DNA of 63,436 bases, filler included, from Octopus bimaculoides (GCF_001194135.2; 4 parts of 4 records of this genome joined end to end with filler, not necessarily neighbours in it), one strand, 5' to 3'. Counted from the whole stretch's first letter, positions 1 through 13,594 are shown. Program-made: numbers and translations. The notes: generated from the sequence alone by a model not told the origin.

Positions 1-479
1 ACGTATGCGCAAATACCAGTTGTCAAGCCGGGGTGGGAGACACGCACAGCAACACACACACACACACAAAACACACACACACACACACACAACACACACA
101 CACACACACACAACACACAAACACACACACAAACAAATATATTGCAGGAGTCTGTCTACCAAAACCACTCACAAGGATTTGGTGGGCCCTCAGCTATAGT
201 AGAAGACACTTGCCAAGTTGCCACACGGTGGGACTGAACCCGGAACCATGTGGCTGGCAAGTAATCTTCCTACCACACAGCTATGGCTGCGCCTATATAT
301 AAGTATGATATGTGATATGTATATGTGATATGCATGAGTTCAAGGAGAATACTTCCGGTGTCTAACGGTGGGGGGGATGACCAAATAGAGGCTATTCGTT
401 TTTGCTTTTTTAGCTACTATTTTTCACATGTCGTGGAAGGATCAGTTTGAAGTACTATCATTGACATTGGTGGATTGTT

Positions 480-675
480 AGTGGTAGGAGTGATGTTGGT
501 GGTAGGAGTGATGTTGGTGGGAGGANNNNNNNNNNNNNNNNNNNNNNNNNNNNNNNNNNNNNNNNNNNNNNNNNNNNNNNNNNNNNNNNNNNNNNNNNNN
601 NNNNNNNNNNNNNNNNNNNNNNNNNGTAGGAGTGATGTTGGTGGTAGGAGTGATGTTGGTGGTAGGAGTGATGTT
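480..675. repeat. 18-bp tandem repeat spanning a gap
   Basis: Unit ggtggtaggagtgatgtt is present on both sides of the N run at 527-624. Confidence 0.9.
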
Positions 676-1559
676 CGTGGCTGTAGTTGTTAATATGGAT
701 GGTATCTTTGTTTCTTGTCGGTGTGGCGGTGAAGTGGATAGTTGTCTCATTGTTGCCTGTGGTATTGTTAGTGGTGATGCTTTTGTTGTTAGTAATGATG
801 TTTTGTTGCCATTTTTGTTGTAGTCTACGATAAAGTCATTTGTACTTTTGTTGTACATATATTGTAGGAAATAACAGTTTTATTAGTGTTGTCAGTAACG
901 ATGATGCTGTTGTTGTTGATGATGATGATGATGATGATGAGGAGGAGGAGGAGGAGGAGGAGGAGGAGGAGGATATTGTAGGTTATGATGCTAGTGCTAA
1001 TTGTGTTGTTGCTAATTATGTTAGTTACCGATACTATTATTCTGATATTGCTATTGGCAACTATAATTTGTGATACTTATTGTGTTTGTTGTTGCTGATA
1101 TTATTGATTAATGTTTTGTTATTTTTAATGATGTTTTCTCGCTTCAGTTACTCTTGCTAATTGTGTTATTGTTATTGTTTAAGATACAGAAGACGGCAAA
1201 CTGACACAGTTGACAAAGTGCTTAGCGGCATTTTACTGGGCTTTTTTTTACATTCCGTCAAAATCGAGTTTGCCTTGTACCCTTTTATGGACAATACAAT
1301 ACAATAAGAGTCCTGTGCTGAGGTTTGATGTAATCGACTTCACTCTCCCCTCAAAATTACCAAAATATGAAAGAATTATTGTGTAAGGTATAGCTGGCTG
1401 CGTTGCCTATGTTAGTAAAGCAATTCTAGATATTTGAGACCATGGCGTTGATGGAGATGATATTACTCCTTGTACTCTTCAACTAGCTCTCTTCAAGAAT
1501 TACTTTTGCTGAGAATTCGTTTCTTTCTTCCTGTTATTTTTCTTTATATATCATTTTTC

Positions 1560-2600
1560 ATCTAATTCCACATTGTAAGCACCTGTACAGTCTTCAATGC
1601 TTTTGCGAATTGGTGATTAATACAGAATTATCATTTTGGTTTGGCTCTGGTTCACTCGTATTCCTGGTAGTCTTATTCCGCTGAGGGTAGCCAGTTACTC
1701 CCGGTAACCTTAGGTATCTACAAGCTTTCAGCAGGCTTTCAAATCATCTTTTCATTTTCAATATAGCAAACTTTTCTATCCTAAATTTCACACCTACATC
1801 ACTTGAGAAATGCAGATAGCATGTACATAACTTTCAAGCTGTTTCTTCCTTTTCCGCATATACCTTTACATCATCAATGAAAAGGATATGATTCATCTGA
1901 CCATCTACTTTTTCCAAATCGCAAGCTATTTTAACTTTTCGTAGCATCATAGTGAGTGGTGTCATGGCCAATACGAATGCTAATTGAGATAAGCTACAAC
2001 CTTGAAATTTTCCACGTCTGATATATCTCTTCTGTCTTCCTTTCTAGGTAAGTATAACCTTGCTACTCCTGCCCTTGGGTGACGTCCTTCATTCATATTG
2101 AATTCTTTCTTAGTTCTTCTGTCTATCTTTGGTATTTCAGTTTTTGTCCAATCTTCAAAAGCTGCTGAATATCTAAGTAATGATATTGCCCAAGTATTTA
2201 CAGTCTTCACTAAATTAAGACCACTGAATTTTGACTTTATTAGCTTCGTCATCCTTCTCATGTACTCGTTCTCAATTTTCGTTTTCATTTCTGTAGCTAG
2301 TAGTCTGTCAGATTCTAATGCTCCTAGATACTTATAACTCTCTCCTTCTTTCAATGATATCAATGTTTGGCCACCTGCTAATTAGCTGCCTTCTCTGTTG
2401 ACTACTTGTCCCTTTTTCATGACTAATATTGCACACTTGTCTGTGCCAAATTCCATGCTTATATCTTTGGTGAAGAGTGTTACAGTCTGTATTAAGAAAT
2501 CTATCTTTTTTCATTCTTACTAAACAGGTTCAGATCATTGATGTAGAGCAAATGGTTAATTCTTCCCTTACTATTTCTGAACTGATACCGTGCCTTTGCC
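1560..2600 (-). mobile_element. R4/Dong-like non-LTR retrotransposon fragments (RT and C-terminal region), rearranged
   Basis: Minus-strand peptides RINHLLYINDLNLF, YKYLGALESD...VNTWAISLLRYSA...HPRAGVARLYLPRKE. A second RT piece (FVLAMTPLTMMLRK...NHILFIDDVK) lies out of order at about 1740-1980. Confidence 0.85.
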
Positions 2601-3115
2601 TTCCTTAATACTAAACTGGAGGGGATCAGTCAAAATACGAATATTAAAGTTCGCATTTCACATTCATTTAACAATAGTTTCGGCGGTGGAGAAATATACA
2701 CGCAGATTTGAGTGCCTTTGTAATTTCTTATTGCTTCATCCGAACTGACGCTTCAATACATAGTCATTCTTTCTACTTTTCAATTACTCTCCCTCTCTCT
2801 ATCTCTGTCTCTCTCTATCTCTCTCTCCCCCTCTCTCTCTCTCTCTCACTCACACATATATATACAAATATACACACAATTATGGCGAGAGCGCTTCTAT
2901 TTTGTAAGAATATATTTTATCCCGTACTCACAATATGTCAATAAAAACAGATATTAACTCATTGACTTATTTATAATGTTAAAACTTTTTCAATCCCAAA
3001 ATCACAAGACCCCCATAGAGGTGAGGCTAATTTCCAGTTTTCTAACTTTCATTAATGGAGAGATAAATCTATTCACCTGATTATGACATAAGTTAATTTC
3101 TCACAGGTAACTTAC

Positions 3116-4138
3116 CTCGAAATATCAAGTGTCAATTTTCATTGCATAGGTTAACTTTAAGCATCCTAATCTTATAGACAAGGCAACGACTGTAGTGGAC
3201 GTAAAATTAATGACGCGAAACTTTGTAGTTTAGTACCATACACACTCGGTTATTTCACCTCCTCTTTTGAAGTAATCGGTAAACCTGAATGAGTCGGAAT
3301 CAGAAAATTAGAAGAAATGTCCAAGATCATTCAGGTGTTTTGATAATAATTACATTTAAGGTCTATTTGTTCAGCCAACTGTTTCTTTTTAAAGGTGGAG
3401 ACATTGGTGCATAGAATGTAATCATAGCAATAACACAGTATTCAAAGACAGTTGAACTTTATTTTCTCCCCGCGTGGTTTCTAATGACGCTTAGCCGTGA
3501 AAGAGCTGCCGAGATAAATTGAATTTGATAATGGTTACTAAAGAGGCACTTGTGTACAGCAGAGAAGATGATTTTACTACGAAAACATTATAATCATCAT
3601 TTTCATCATAATCGTCGTCATCATTGTCGAGATTGACATCATAAAGTGTAGCTGTCTCTATATCGTGCTGAAATATGTGCCTAATATTGACAATTTTACA
3701 GTATTAAGGTAATCCAAAGAAAAATTCTCTTCGTTATCGTGAGACCATCCAGAAATATCAGCTAAATTTCCCTTAGATTATACGATATACTCTCGAAACG
3801 TGGTGGACACATTTCCTGGGTGAAAGACGTGATGATGAGACATAAAATACATTTGATATCCATCGTCTATTTCTTTCCAACCACGAATCTTAGGTTCGGC
3901 AGAATAGCCACAGTTGGAATATATACAGGACTTACAATAAATTACTTCTTGAGTTTGTCTTGCTCGACTAAATCACTCCCAAAAGAAATACACACACGCA
4001 AGGTCGCACGTGTGAGTGTGTGTGTGTGCATTTTCATGTGTGTGTGTGTGATAGTGTTTGTGAATTTGTGTACATGTATGAATATATGTCCCTGCTTGTG
4101 TTTACTTCTCTCTCTCCCGCTCTCTCTGTCTCTCTCTC

Positions 4139-4234
<96 letters not shown>

Positions 4235-5169
4235 TTTCAAAGAAAAAAGACTACACGCGGTATAAATAGGAGAAAAGTAAAAAGAAAACAAAGAAAATGC
4301 ACATTAGATATTAAAAATAAAGGCATTTTAAAGAAAAGAAAAGATATATACATACAATTAGAGGATTTGAGGTGGAATTATGACTCCCGTACATCTCCAC
4401 ACACAACCCTGGAAACAATGAGTCCTTCAATATCATCATCCAAAATCTACCTTTTCTTACTGGAGATAAAACAATGAACAAAATTTTAGGCTCACACAAA
4501 TTTGTCAAGAGCCAAATGCAACCGAAATCATTGAAAAAAAATATTAACTAGCCCAAGACTGTATCCATTAACAACGGAACCAAAAGTGTAAAAATGCGGG
4601 TGGCCTAAGTGTGGCACATGGCCTCACTTTTGAAGGGTACAACGTTTCACTTCAAACAAGGTGAAATATTTAAGATAAAATTAAATTTTACCTGTGCCTC
4701 TGAAAACTTAATCTATGCTATTACCTGCTTAGGGTTCGGTTGTCACTATATAGGCCAAACAGGAACGTCACTCCAACGAAGAACAACTCTTCGCAAAGAA
4801 CAAATCCGCTGCCCACAATACAGACAGATACAGGTCAGTGAGCACATAGAAAGATGTGCTAGGAACCTTAAACCGAACTTCATAATTTTCCCTTTTTATC
4901 AATGTTCACAGAATACTTCAGTACAGCAAAAATTAAACGAAGAGGCAACTTAATCGCATCACTTCCTTAATTGCATCACTTCCAGAACTGCTTACCTCCC
5001 TTGCATGTAATATTTCTACTCAGGTAATATTAGACCAAACACCGTTTGGAAATTGATGTTCATTAAAAGTCAGTGATCAGCTCTGACGATACCGGTATGA
5101 CTTTGAATCTCTATAATGATTCATAATAATGATTTTTATACTTCATAGTTTCTCCTCAAATCATTTAAT

Positions 5170-5206
<37 letters not shown>

Positions 5207-5725
5207 TTGCTTTTCTTTGTCAGTGCTCTTAAGTGTATCTAAGAAAGAATTCTGATTTTCTCTGCAGTGGTTAATCGAGTTTCTTTGAATTTCATTTGAG
5301 GCATTTTTTTGTTCTAGCATTAAATTTAGCAACATTTCTTTTTAATATTTATTTAGTTGAACAATATTGTATGGGACCTCACTACTCGTTTAGTTGTAAT
5401 ATCCTTGAACTGGTTTTATTCTATAATTAAAAGTTCTCCTACACATTGACAGTACCAAGTGTTTCACTTTGGAAAGAACGAAGTTTAACACATCATCTAA
5501 GTGATATCTTTGCTCATGTTTAACTGATATAAGCTGTCTCCTCACAGTTTTGTAGTCTTCTCACACATGCAGTGGGTTGGATTCATTGTATGAGATAAAG
5601 AGAAACATCAAATGCTAGAGTGTTGATGAAAATGAGACACGTGGATTAGCAGACAGACAGTCAGACCGATAGGTACATTGACAGATAGATGGAGAGGGAG
5701 AGAGAGAGAGAGGGAGGGAGAGAGA

Positions 5726-5795
<70 letters not shown>

Positions 5796-7290
5796 CATAT
5801 AGACAGATATATATAAATAAGAGTCGTTGCATGAAAGATAGATATACCTGTCTGAATCTTTGGAAGTATTTTCTTCGTCGCCCATGCCTAATATATCTTC
5901 GGAGGTTATCGATTTATCAAAACTTTCGTAAATACGTTTTACAAAGTTGACAGTGAATCCAGCAGAGACCAAGTATGAAGTTGTCTGTGCTTAATACTAT
6001 GCTTGGTACGAGGTTTCCATTGGATGCAATTACAAGCATTTTCTAGATTATCTAAGTCCATCAGAAGTGAGGAATTTATGCAATCGGTATTTCAAAAATT
6101 CTTCACGCTTCGTTTGTGCTGATATCTGCCCGTGTGATAATTCTTAATTTTATCATAACAATCTGAGTCAGAATGATGAAATAGCAAAATCAATTTGATC
6201 ACTTCCATTGATCACTTAATACCGAACATCCTTAATACAACTGACTAAAGTGAGAAATTATAAAATGCAGTCTATTATAAAGGTGTTTGAATAAAATAGA
6301 AAACTTGTCACTATTCACTGATACTCTGTTTGGTATGAAATTTTATTCCAATCATTTTGTTTCACGAACCTTGCTTCCTTGGTTTTCTTCTTTTGGAAAG
6401 TGAATATTCGTTCTCATCAGTTTACGCTTCAATCAGATAAAGATTTAGGATATCCCTTACCTGCGCCTCTTATGCAAGTTAATTTAATTGTTCATTTACT
6501 ACTTCACATAGACTATGAAACTTGCTTCTTACTGGGAAAGACCAGAGACATTACGTAGAAATTCAACTACGAAATTATATTAATATACCAACAAGAGAGC
6601 GTAATCCCTTTCCTGCCATTCTATAAGATATATCAAAGATTCAAGTTTTCAGAAAACTGTTTCAAAAACAGATTTTTCGTATTAATTTCCTTCTCATGAA
6701 AACCTATGAAACAAAATCAAGCAAATTACAATGATGTACATGTCATGTAAACGATTCACCTGTTTCATTACATTTTCGACTGTGTAAGAAACATATCAAG
6801 ATGATCAAACAATCTAGTTGTGCCGAACACAAGCTTGATGTATCCAAACATTTAGCTGTCTTTCCTGTGAAAAACGATGACATGTTGATAAGATGACCAA
6901 AATTTGGTGGATTTTCGTCGCCGCTTAAGCCATATCTTAAATAAATACATTTTCCAGCTTTGACTTAATCTGGTGAAGACAAAATATCCTAATTTGATTG
7001 TTGCATACATATCCAGTATGAACTAATTGAAGAATTGTCAGAAGTGATATATATTTCCCTCTGATCTGATCTGATCTGAATTTATGGGTACAGACCATCC
7101 ATTACACTTTAACAGCTTCTTAAGAAACATGAGATAATTGAATCTATTGTTAATTTAATAAAAAGGTCAATACAGTTCTTACCTTTACAGTCAATATAGT
7201 TCTTACCTTTACAGTCAATATATTTTATCAACAAAAAGAAAAGTATTAGTGAACGGCTATCAAATATAAGTAGATGACATTCTTTTAGGC
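3116..7290 (-). other. Candidate multi-exon transcript or pseudogene (exons about 7290-7207, 6864-6760, 6531-6461, 5984-5848, 3284-3116)
   Basis: Minus-strand AG/GT-bounded segments with compatible phases and a TATA-like motif near 7308-7315. There is a 1-nt frameshift near the ATG and two in-frame TAA codons. No recognised homologue. See findings. Confidence 0.3.
4350..5110 (+). mobile_element. Penelope-like element 3' fragment with GIY-YIG endonuclease
   Basis: ORF 4609-4953 contains NFTCASENLIYAITCLGFGCHYIGQTGTSLQRR...HIERC, a GIY-YIG pattern. Upstream frames give THNPGNNE and KFVKSQMQPKSLKK linker motifs. Confidence 0.85.
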
Positions 7291-8779
7291 TCACTTAACT
7301 GGACAGCTTTATATACAACCAAGCCTTAATAATTCTTTTAACGGGATGTGAAAATGGTTTTTTTTCTTCTTTTTTTTTTATATACGCACTGCATATATGA
7401 GGACAAGAATTGAATATATCGGATTCAAATTTTTATTATTCATAAAAGCCATAAATTTTAATTTTTTTTCTTTTTCTTCTCATATATTCTGTTGACTACT
7501 CAGAATCCCAACATAGAATTGCTGAATTTATATTAAATTTTTTACTTTACAGAATCAATTTTCGTTTATATTAAACCACATTCAAAATCAATTTCCTGTA
7601 TTTATATACATAGAAAAATAATTTCCTATATTTATGTACACACACAAAAAAATGTACAGGGAATACAAATAGGGTATATTATTGTAATTATTTCTTCCCC
7701 CAGGATCTCTCCAGCGAAGACCACCACGACATAAATATATACATTCACTCCTATCTTTTTCGTTTTCCTTCAAAAACAATCTATTTCTTTATTAAATAAA
7801 TATTGCACATTATAATTTAATGCTAAGGTTATCAGTAATTTCGAGGCCTTTAACTTTCTTCTTGAATAAATGTGCACGATTGCTTATTTCCAGCTACCTC
7901 GATTCCAAACTATAGTCGAAAAACTTCGAGCGTGTGTGTGTGTATGTGTGTGTGTGTGTGTGTGTGTATGCTCTTTTACTTGTTTCAGTCATTTGACTGC
8001 GGCCATGCTGGAGTCCCGCCTTTAGTTGAGCAAATCGACCCCAGGACGTATTCTTTGTAAGCCTAGTACTTATTCCATCAGACTCTTTTGCCGAACCGTT
8101 AAGTTACGGGGGATGTAAACACACCAGCATCGGTTGTCAAGTGATGTTGGGGGACAAACACACACACACACACATACACACGTCCGTTATCGGAACGGAT
8201 TTTTTGTGCGCCTGCGTGTGTGTGCTTCAGTGTGCGTGCGCGTACACATATGCATGTATGTATGTGTGTGCGCGTGTATATGCATGTAAATGTGTGTATG
8301 CATATATATAAAATAAAATATGCTTCAAAACACGAATTCACATAAAGAGGCTGGTAAACCAAATACAATAACGCAATATACATACATACATACATACATG
8401 CATATATGTACTTATTTATGTATCTATGTATGTATGCATGTATGCATGTGTGTACATATGTATGTCTCTCTTATTTTTTAATTATTATAAATCTACCGCT
8501 GAGGAGAGAGCCGGTTTCAAACAAAGATACAAGGTCCATATTTGTGATGTAGTTAACTCCAATTCACATTTGGAAATTGAGAAAGGTTTTGCATATTTTT
8601 ACTGTTCCACTCACAGATTGCACTTGTAATGTACGAATTAGCTGGCTGATTTCTTTTTCCGAAAATCCTAGTTTATCCAGATTCTCCTTTAAGCATTTAT
8701 TAACTAAACCTAGTGCTCTATTCATTATTGGTATGAATATGAATTCATAGTCTGGATATAGAAACTAGAGCTTTCGAAG

Positions 8780-9950
8780 CAGTTCTCTATAAATACTCTC
8801 TTTTTCTTTGATTTTCAAATAGATATTTATATCTGCAGAGCAGCTGACCTCTATGATGGTACATACTTTGCCCTCTCTTCCAAACAACAATATCCGACCT
8901 GTTATGTTTACATTTGACAGAGGATTTCATGGGAATAGTCCACCAGTATTCCTTGAGCTGGTATTTATGAATGTATTCCATAGCAGATGGATTTTCTAAG
9001 TTTATTTCAGGACAGACTTTTTAGCGGATGGTATTGTAAATTGTTTTAGCAACAACATTGGCCCGCATAGGGATGCAGTACCATGAAGACATTTTAGGAC
9101 AGCTGCTAATTGCATGCGTGATGTCTTCCACGGAAACATGACATTGCTTAAACATGCAGTTGCACCTTGGGATTATAAGAGCGTCACTGTCTCTTGTTCA
9201 CCAGGTACTCTGTGGCAATCTCCTTTTCCTGGATTGCAAACGCATAGCCTTCAAAATGTGATGTGATGTAGTGGTCTTGTGTCCAAGAGAAGCTGCACTT
9301 CGTGTCTACTGTCTTCTTCAAGCTTCCAGACAGGATACCCATGCGTAGTCTTTTTTTATGCTGAGAGTTTTCCATTCAGGTTTTCTCTGAGGTAAGAGAG
9401 TCCAACTGTTTTGGGGCTGCATAGGAGATCATCAGGAAGAGAGTGCTTCTTGAGGAGCTCACTGCCAATTCGTACAATGTTGCTCACTTCACTTTTTACC
9501 ACTGCATTAATATGTTCATTTTTGGTACTGCTGTTTAGCAGGTGCTGTCTGAGTGATACCATACGGCATTCGGAGGCCGTCTGCACTGACCTCAAGCCTC
9601 TACCACCTTCCTTTCTTGTTAAGTAGGGCCTGTGAACATTACTGTTTCTGTGGAAGTTCCCAGTTGTTGTCAGGATTTTGCAGGTTTTGATATATTTGGA
9701 GTAGATTTCCTCTACAAACTAATCAATTATCCCAAATGTTGGGATCAGCACGGGTACTGCAAATGCATTGTGGGATATTATTTTGCTGTACGAGGAGAGT
9801 CCTGACTGCCATATTTTCCTAAGTCTGTAATATTCTCGGGTCACTCTGTCTTTATATGACACACTTTCGTCTAGGCCTAAGTACTTGTAATATTCTTTGT
9901 GTGGAATGGGGAAGATAGAGAGAGATGTTGTTATTAATTCCAGTTGTTTT
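8780..9950 (-). mobile_element. R4/Dong-like LINE 3' fragment (RT thumb, CCHC, restriction-like endonuclease), decayed
   Basis: Frames give KYLGLDES..., ITSHFEGYAFAIQEKEIAT and KCKHNRSDIVVW; multiple frameshifts. Confidence 0.85.
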
Positions 9951-10389
9951 TTTTTGGCATTGTTAACACTTTTAGCATAAATTTTCAGGTCACATAGAAA
10001 GAAATTGAGTTACATTGATATTTCTAGCAGTTGAAGTTCCTAGCATGTAACCATTTATGAATGTATGTATGTATGTACGTCATTGTTCGATTTTATTTCA
10101 AGGTTTCTTGCCAATAGAGAAAGAGCCGGTTTCTAACCTAGATCAAGGCTCATTCATTGAAGTCTCAACATCAAAAACGGGGTATGTTTGTATGTATGTA
10201 TGTATGTATGTAGATATGTATGTATGCATCTATGTATATGTGCAGATTTGAATGCTTTGCTTTATGTATGTATTCTCATGCATATACTTGCATATTTAGA
10301 CATGCTCATATATATTTAAATGATAAACTTCTGGAAAGTTTTACAGATTTTTACAGTTCCAGTGATGGACTGGATCTGAAGTCTTCGAA

Positions 10390-11450
10390 TTAGCCTTCGC
10401 CTTTCTGGTTTTGAGAAGACTAAATTCTCAAGATTGGTATTTAGGCAGTATGTTACACATCCCAAGGCCCCAATAATTACAGGCATAAATCTAAATTTGT
10501 AATCTGGTTAGAGTAACTGCAGATTTCTCAATAGTTCAGTGTAGGTATTCTCTTTTTCACTGATGTTCAGCTTTATGTTAATATCCACTGGGCAGTTAAT
10601 TTCGACAATTGTACACAATTTCTTTGATCCATCCCAAATCCTTATATCATGTCTATTGTGCTTACATTTTATTGAGGTCTCCACTGGGACATTCCACAAG
10701 TACTCCTTATTATTATTAGTGGCAATGACTTCTACCATATTGTGGATTCTTATTTCTTTGTCCTCGAGATTATCCTTCCGACGGAGTTCATTATAGAATG
10801 TCCTAGCTACAAAATCCTGTCTCATAGGTAGATAATACCGTGATGACATTTTCGAACAACTGCTTATAATGTGGGTGATATCTTCAGTGTGAATTTCACA
10901 AAGTCCGCATTGGTTGTCACACATTATGGCTTTTCCTGCATCTGTATACCTTTTGTGCATCAGGTACTTGGTTGATATTTCCTGTTCCTCGATTGCAAAC
11001 GCATACCCCTCAAAGTGGGAGGTAGTAATCCGGCTATTGGTCCATGATAGACTGCTTTGATGATCAGTGCTACTATCATCATGGAGCGTTCTACTAATGT
11101 GGCCATGCATAGTCTCCTGCTCATATAAGTTCATCCTTTCAGATGATGATACGATGCGGTAGAGTCGTACGACTTCTTTGGCCATATATTCTAGGTTATC
11201 AGATAAAGAATGTTACTCAAGGAGTTGCCTTGAGTAACATTCTTATGGTGTTATCAACCTCATATACGCAAACTTGGTTAAGGGATGCACTTCGACACTT
11301 GGTGGTTCAAAGATGTTGCTGAAGAGATATGATATGACATTCAAACGCATTTTGATTCGATGTTAAGCCACTTCCGCCTTGTTTTCGTTTTAAGTAGAGG
11401 CGGTCTACGCCACTATTTATGTGGAAATTGTGTTTGTTTGTAAGCGTCCA
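10390..11450 (-). mobile_element. R4/Dong-like LINE 3' fragment, second copy of the same family
   Basis: ORF 10508-11185: ITTSHFEGYAFAIEEQEISTKY...CGLCEIHTEDITHIISSC...RQDFVA...KHNRHDIRIWD...IVEINCP (CCHC finger plus REL nuclease). Confidence 0.9.
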
Positions 11451-13002
11451 ATCAAGCAGCCCAACTGTCGGTATAAGAATTGGTGTGTATCTATGTATGT
11501 AGATTATGTTTCTTTATATGCACACGTTTTCACACACATGCTCGCGCATATATATGATCTAATTTGCGCAGTAACTCGAAGAAAGTTTTAGTAAGCACAA
11601 CTTACTAGGTATAATTAACAATTCTTTCACATTGGATGCTCTGACCTCGACTTAAACGACTTCATAAGGAATAAGGAAGCTAAAAAAATGGCCCTTATTT
11701 TCTCACTGGGAATCATAGAGGTATCTTCCAAACGAAACTTCTAAAAGCAACTGCTATCTGAAAAAATGCGAGAAAAAGTCCCATATTGGGACAAAAACAA
11801 CCAGGAAACTATTTCGAAACCCAAATGCACGTTCAAAACTACCAAATACATCCCGGCATTTAAAAATGCACAAACTTTGGACAAGAACAGTAATTAAAGC
11901 AACTAACTAAAAAACAGAAATCCTAAAATTACGTAAACGAATACTTGAAGCAATATTCACATAACGTCGGACAAAAATAGAAACTACACAAAGTTAACAT
12001 TTATCACATACCTGAAAGTGTTACTGAACTAATTAACAAACACATATAAAAGAATGCATCTCAACACATGAAAGAACATAAATTTGGAATCATATATGAT
12101 ACCCAGGCATCTGAAAATAGAAGACAGATTACTAAATTAACATTTAAAAACGGTTACAATTACATAGGATATTGATAAGCCGTAATTCGAAACCAGCCCA
12201 TCCAAAATTTATCAACACAACTGAGTAAAACTACGAGACATTAAAATGCTCAATTCTCACAATAAAATATTTATTCTAAAACTTCGTTGTATTTAATTCT
12301 TCCATCTTAGCAGTAGCAGTAATAAGTACATCAGATTCACCATTGTATCAAAACATATATACATCTACATATTTCTTGACGGCAAGAGGAGAAGGAACTG
12401 TTAGAAGGAGAAGCAGAAATTAATAAGGTTGAAACGATGATACAGCCATAGCAAGGAGATGATCTCCCTTAGGTGATATCAATCGATACGCTGTAATAGT
12501 ACTATCGTCGTCTACGGAGGCATGCCAGTGAGAAGTGCAATCCACCACCACCACCACTATCATCAACATCAACGACATACTAAGCATATATNNNNNNNNN
12601 NNNNNNNNNNNNNNNNNNNNNNNNNNNNNNNNNNNNNNNNNNNNNNNNNNNNNNNNNNNNNNNNNNNNNNNNNNNNNNNNNNNNNNNNNNNNNNNNNNNN
12701 NNNNNNNNNNNNNNNNNNNNNNNNNNNNNNNNNNNNNNNNNNNNNNNNNNNNNNNNNNNNNNNNNNNNNNNNNNNNNNNNNNNNNNNNNNNNNNNNNNNN
12801 NNNNNNNNNNNNNNNNNNNNNNNNNNNNNNNNNNNNNNNNNNNNNNNNNNNNNNNNNNNNNNNNNNNNNNNNNNNNNNNNNNNNNNNNNNNNNNNNNNNN
12901 NNNNNNNNNNNNNNNNNNNNNNNNNNNNNNNNNNNNNNNNNNNNNNNNNNNNNNNNNNNNNNNNNNNNNNNNNNNNNNNNNNNNNNNNNNNNNNNNNNNN
13001 NC

Positions 13003-13041
<39 letters not shown>

Positions 13042-13448
13042 CTGTCTCTCTATTTATTTCTATCTATCCATCTATCGAGCTACCTTCCTATGTATATATC
13101 TGTCTATTTTTCTATCAATCTATCAGTCTGTCTGTCGGCCTATCTGCCTTCCCGTCTGTTGCCAACTTGTCTGCAAAACTATGACTGTTGACTTGTCTGT
13201 TTGACCATCTATTTTCTTACTGACAACAAATTTACCCGCGTACCCTTCTCTATATTCTACTATCTGTCATTTAGTCTGTGTGCCTGTCAGTATAACTCTC
13301 TTAGTATAGTTATACGTCTCCAAACATGACACTCATTTCGAATCAATTTATTACCTACCTACCTACCCATCTACCTACCTAGCACATATTCTCCCTCTTT
13401 CTCAGTCTCTGTCTGTCTATTTCTCTCTCTCCCTCTCTATCTCTCTCT

Positions 13449-13510
<62 letters not shown>

Positions 13511-13537
13511 NNNNNNNNNNTATATATATATGTGTGT

Positions 13538-13586
<49 letters not shown>

Positions 13587-13594
13587 GAAATATC

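Noticed and set aside
3820-4291. Numerous HTHT, CVCV, YIYI, ERER and LSLS ORFs across the window
   Set aside because: These are translations of dinucleotide and tetranucleotide microsatellites.
5083-5100. CTGACGA at a Penelope 3' end, and CTGATGA on the minus strand at 29675-29681, as hammerhead ribozymes
   Set aside because: Penelope ends often carry hammerheads, but in both cases the GAAA after stem II and stems I and III cannot be built. At most these are dead remnants.
12522-13191. Long ORFs containing X runs (also around 43.6-44.2, 49.3-50.3, 54.5-55.2 and 60.5-61.2 kb)
   Set aside because: They are open only because N codons are not stops.
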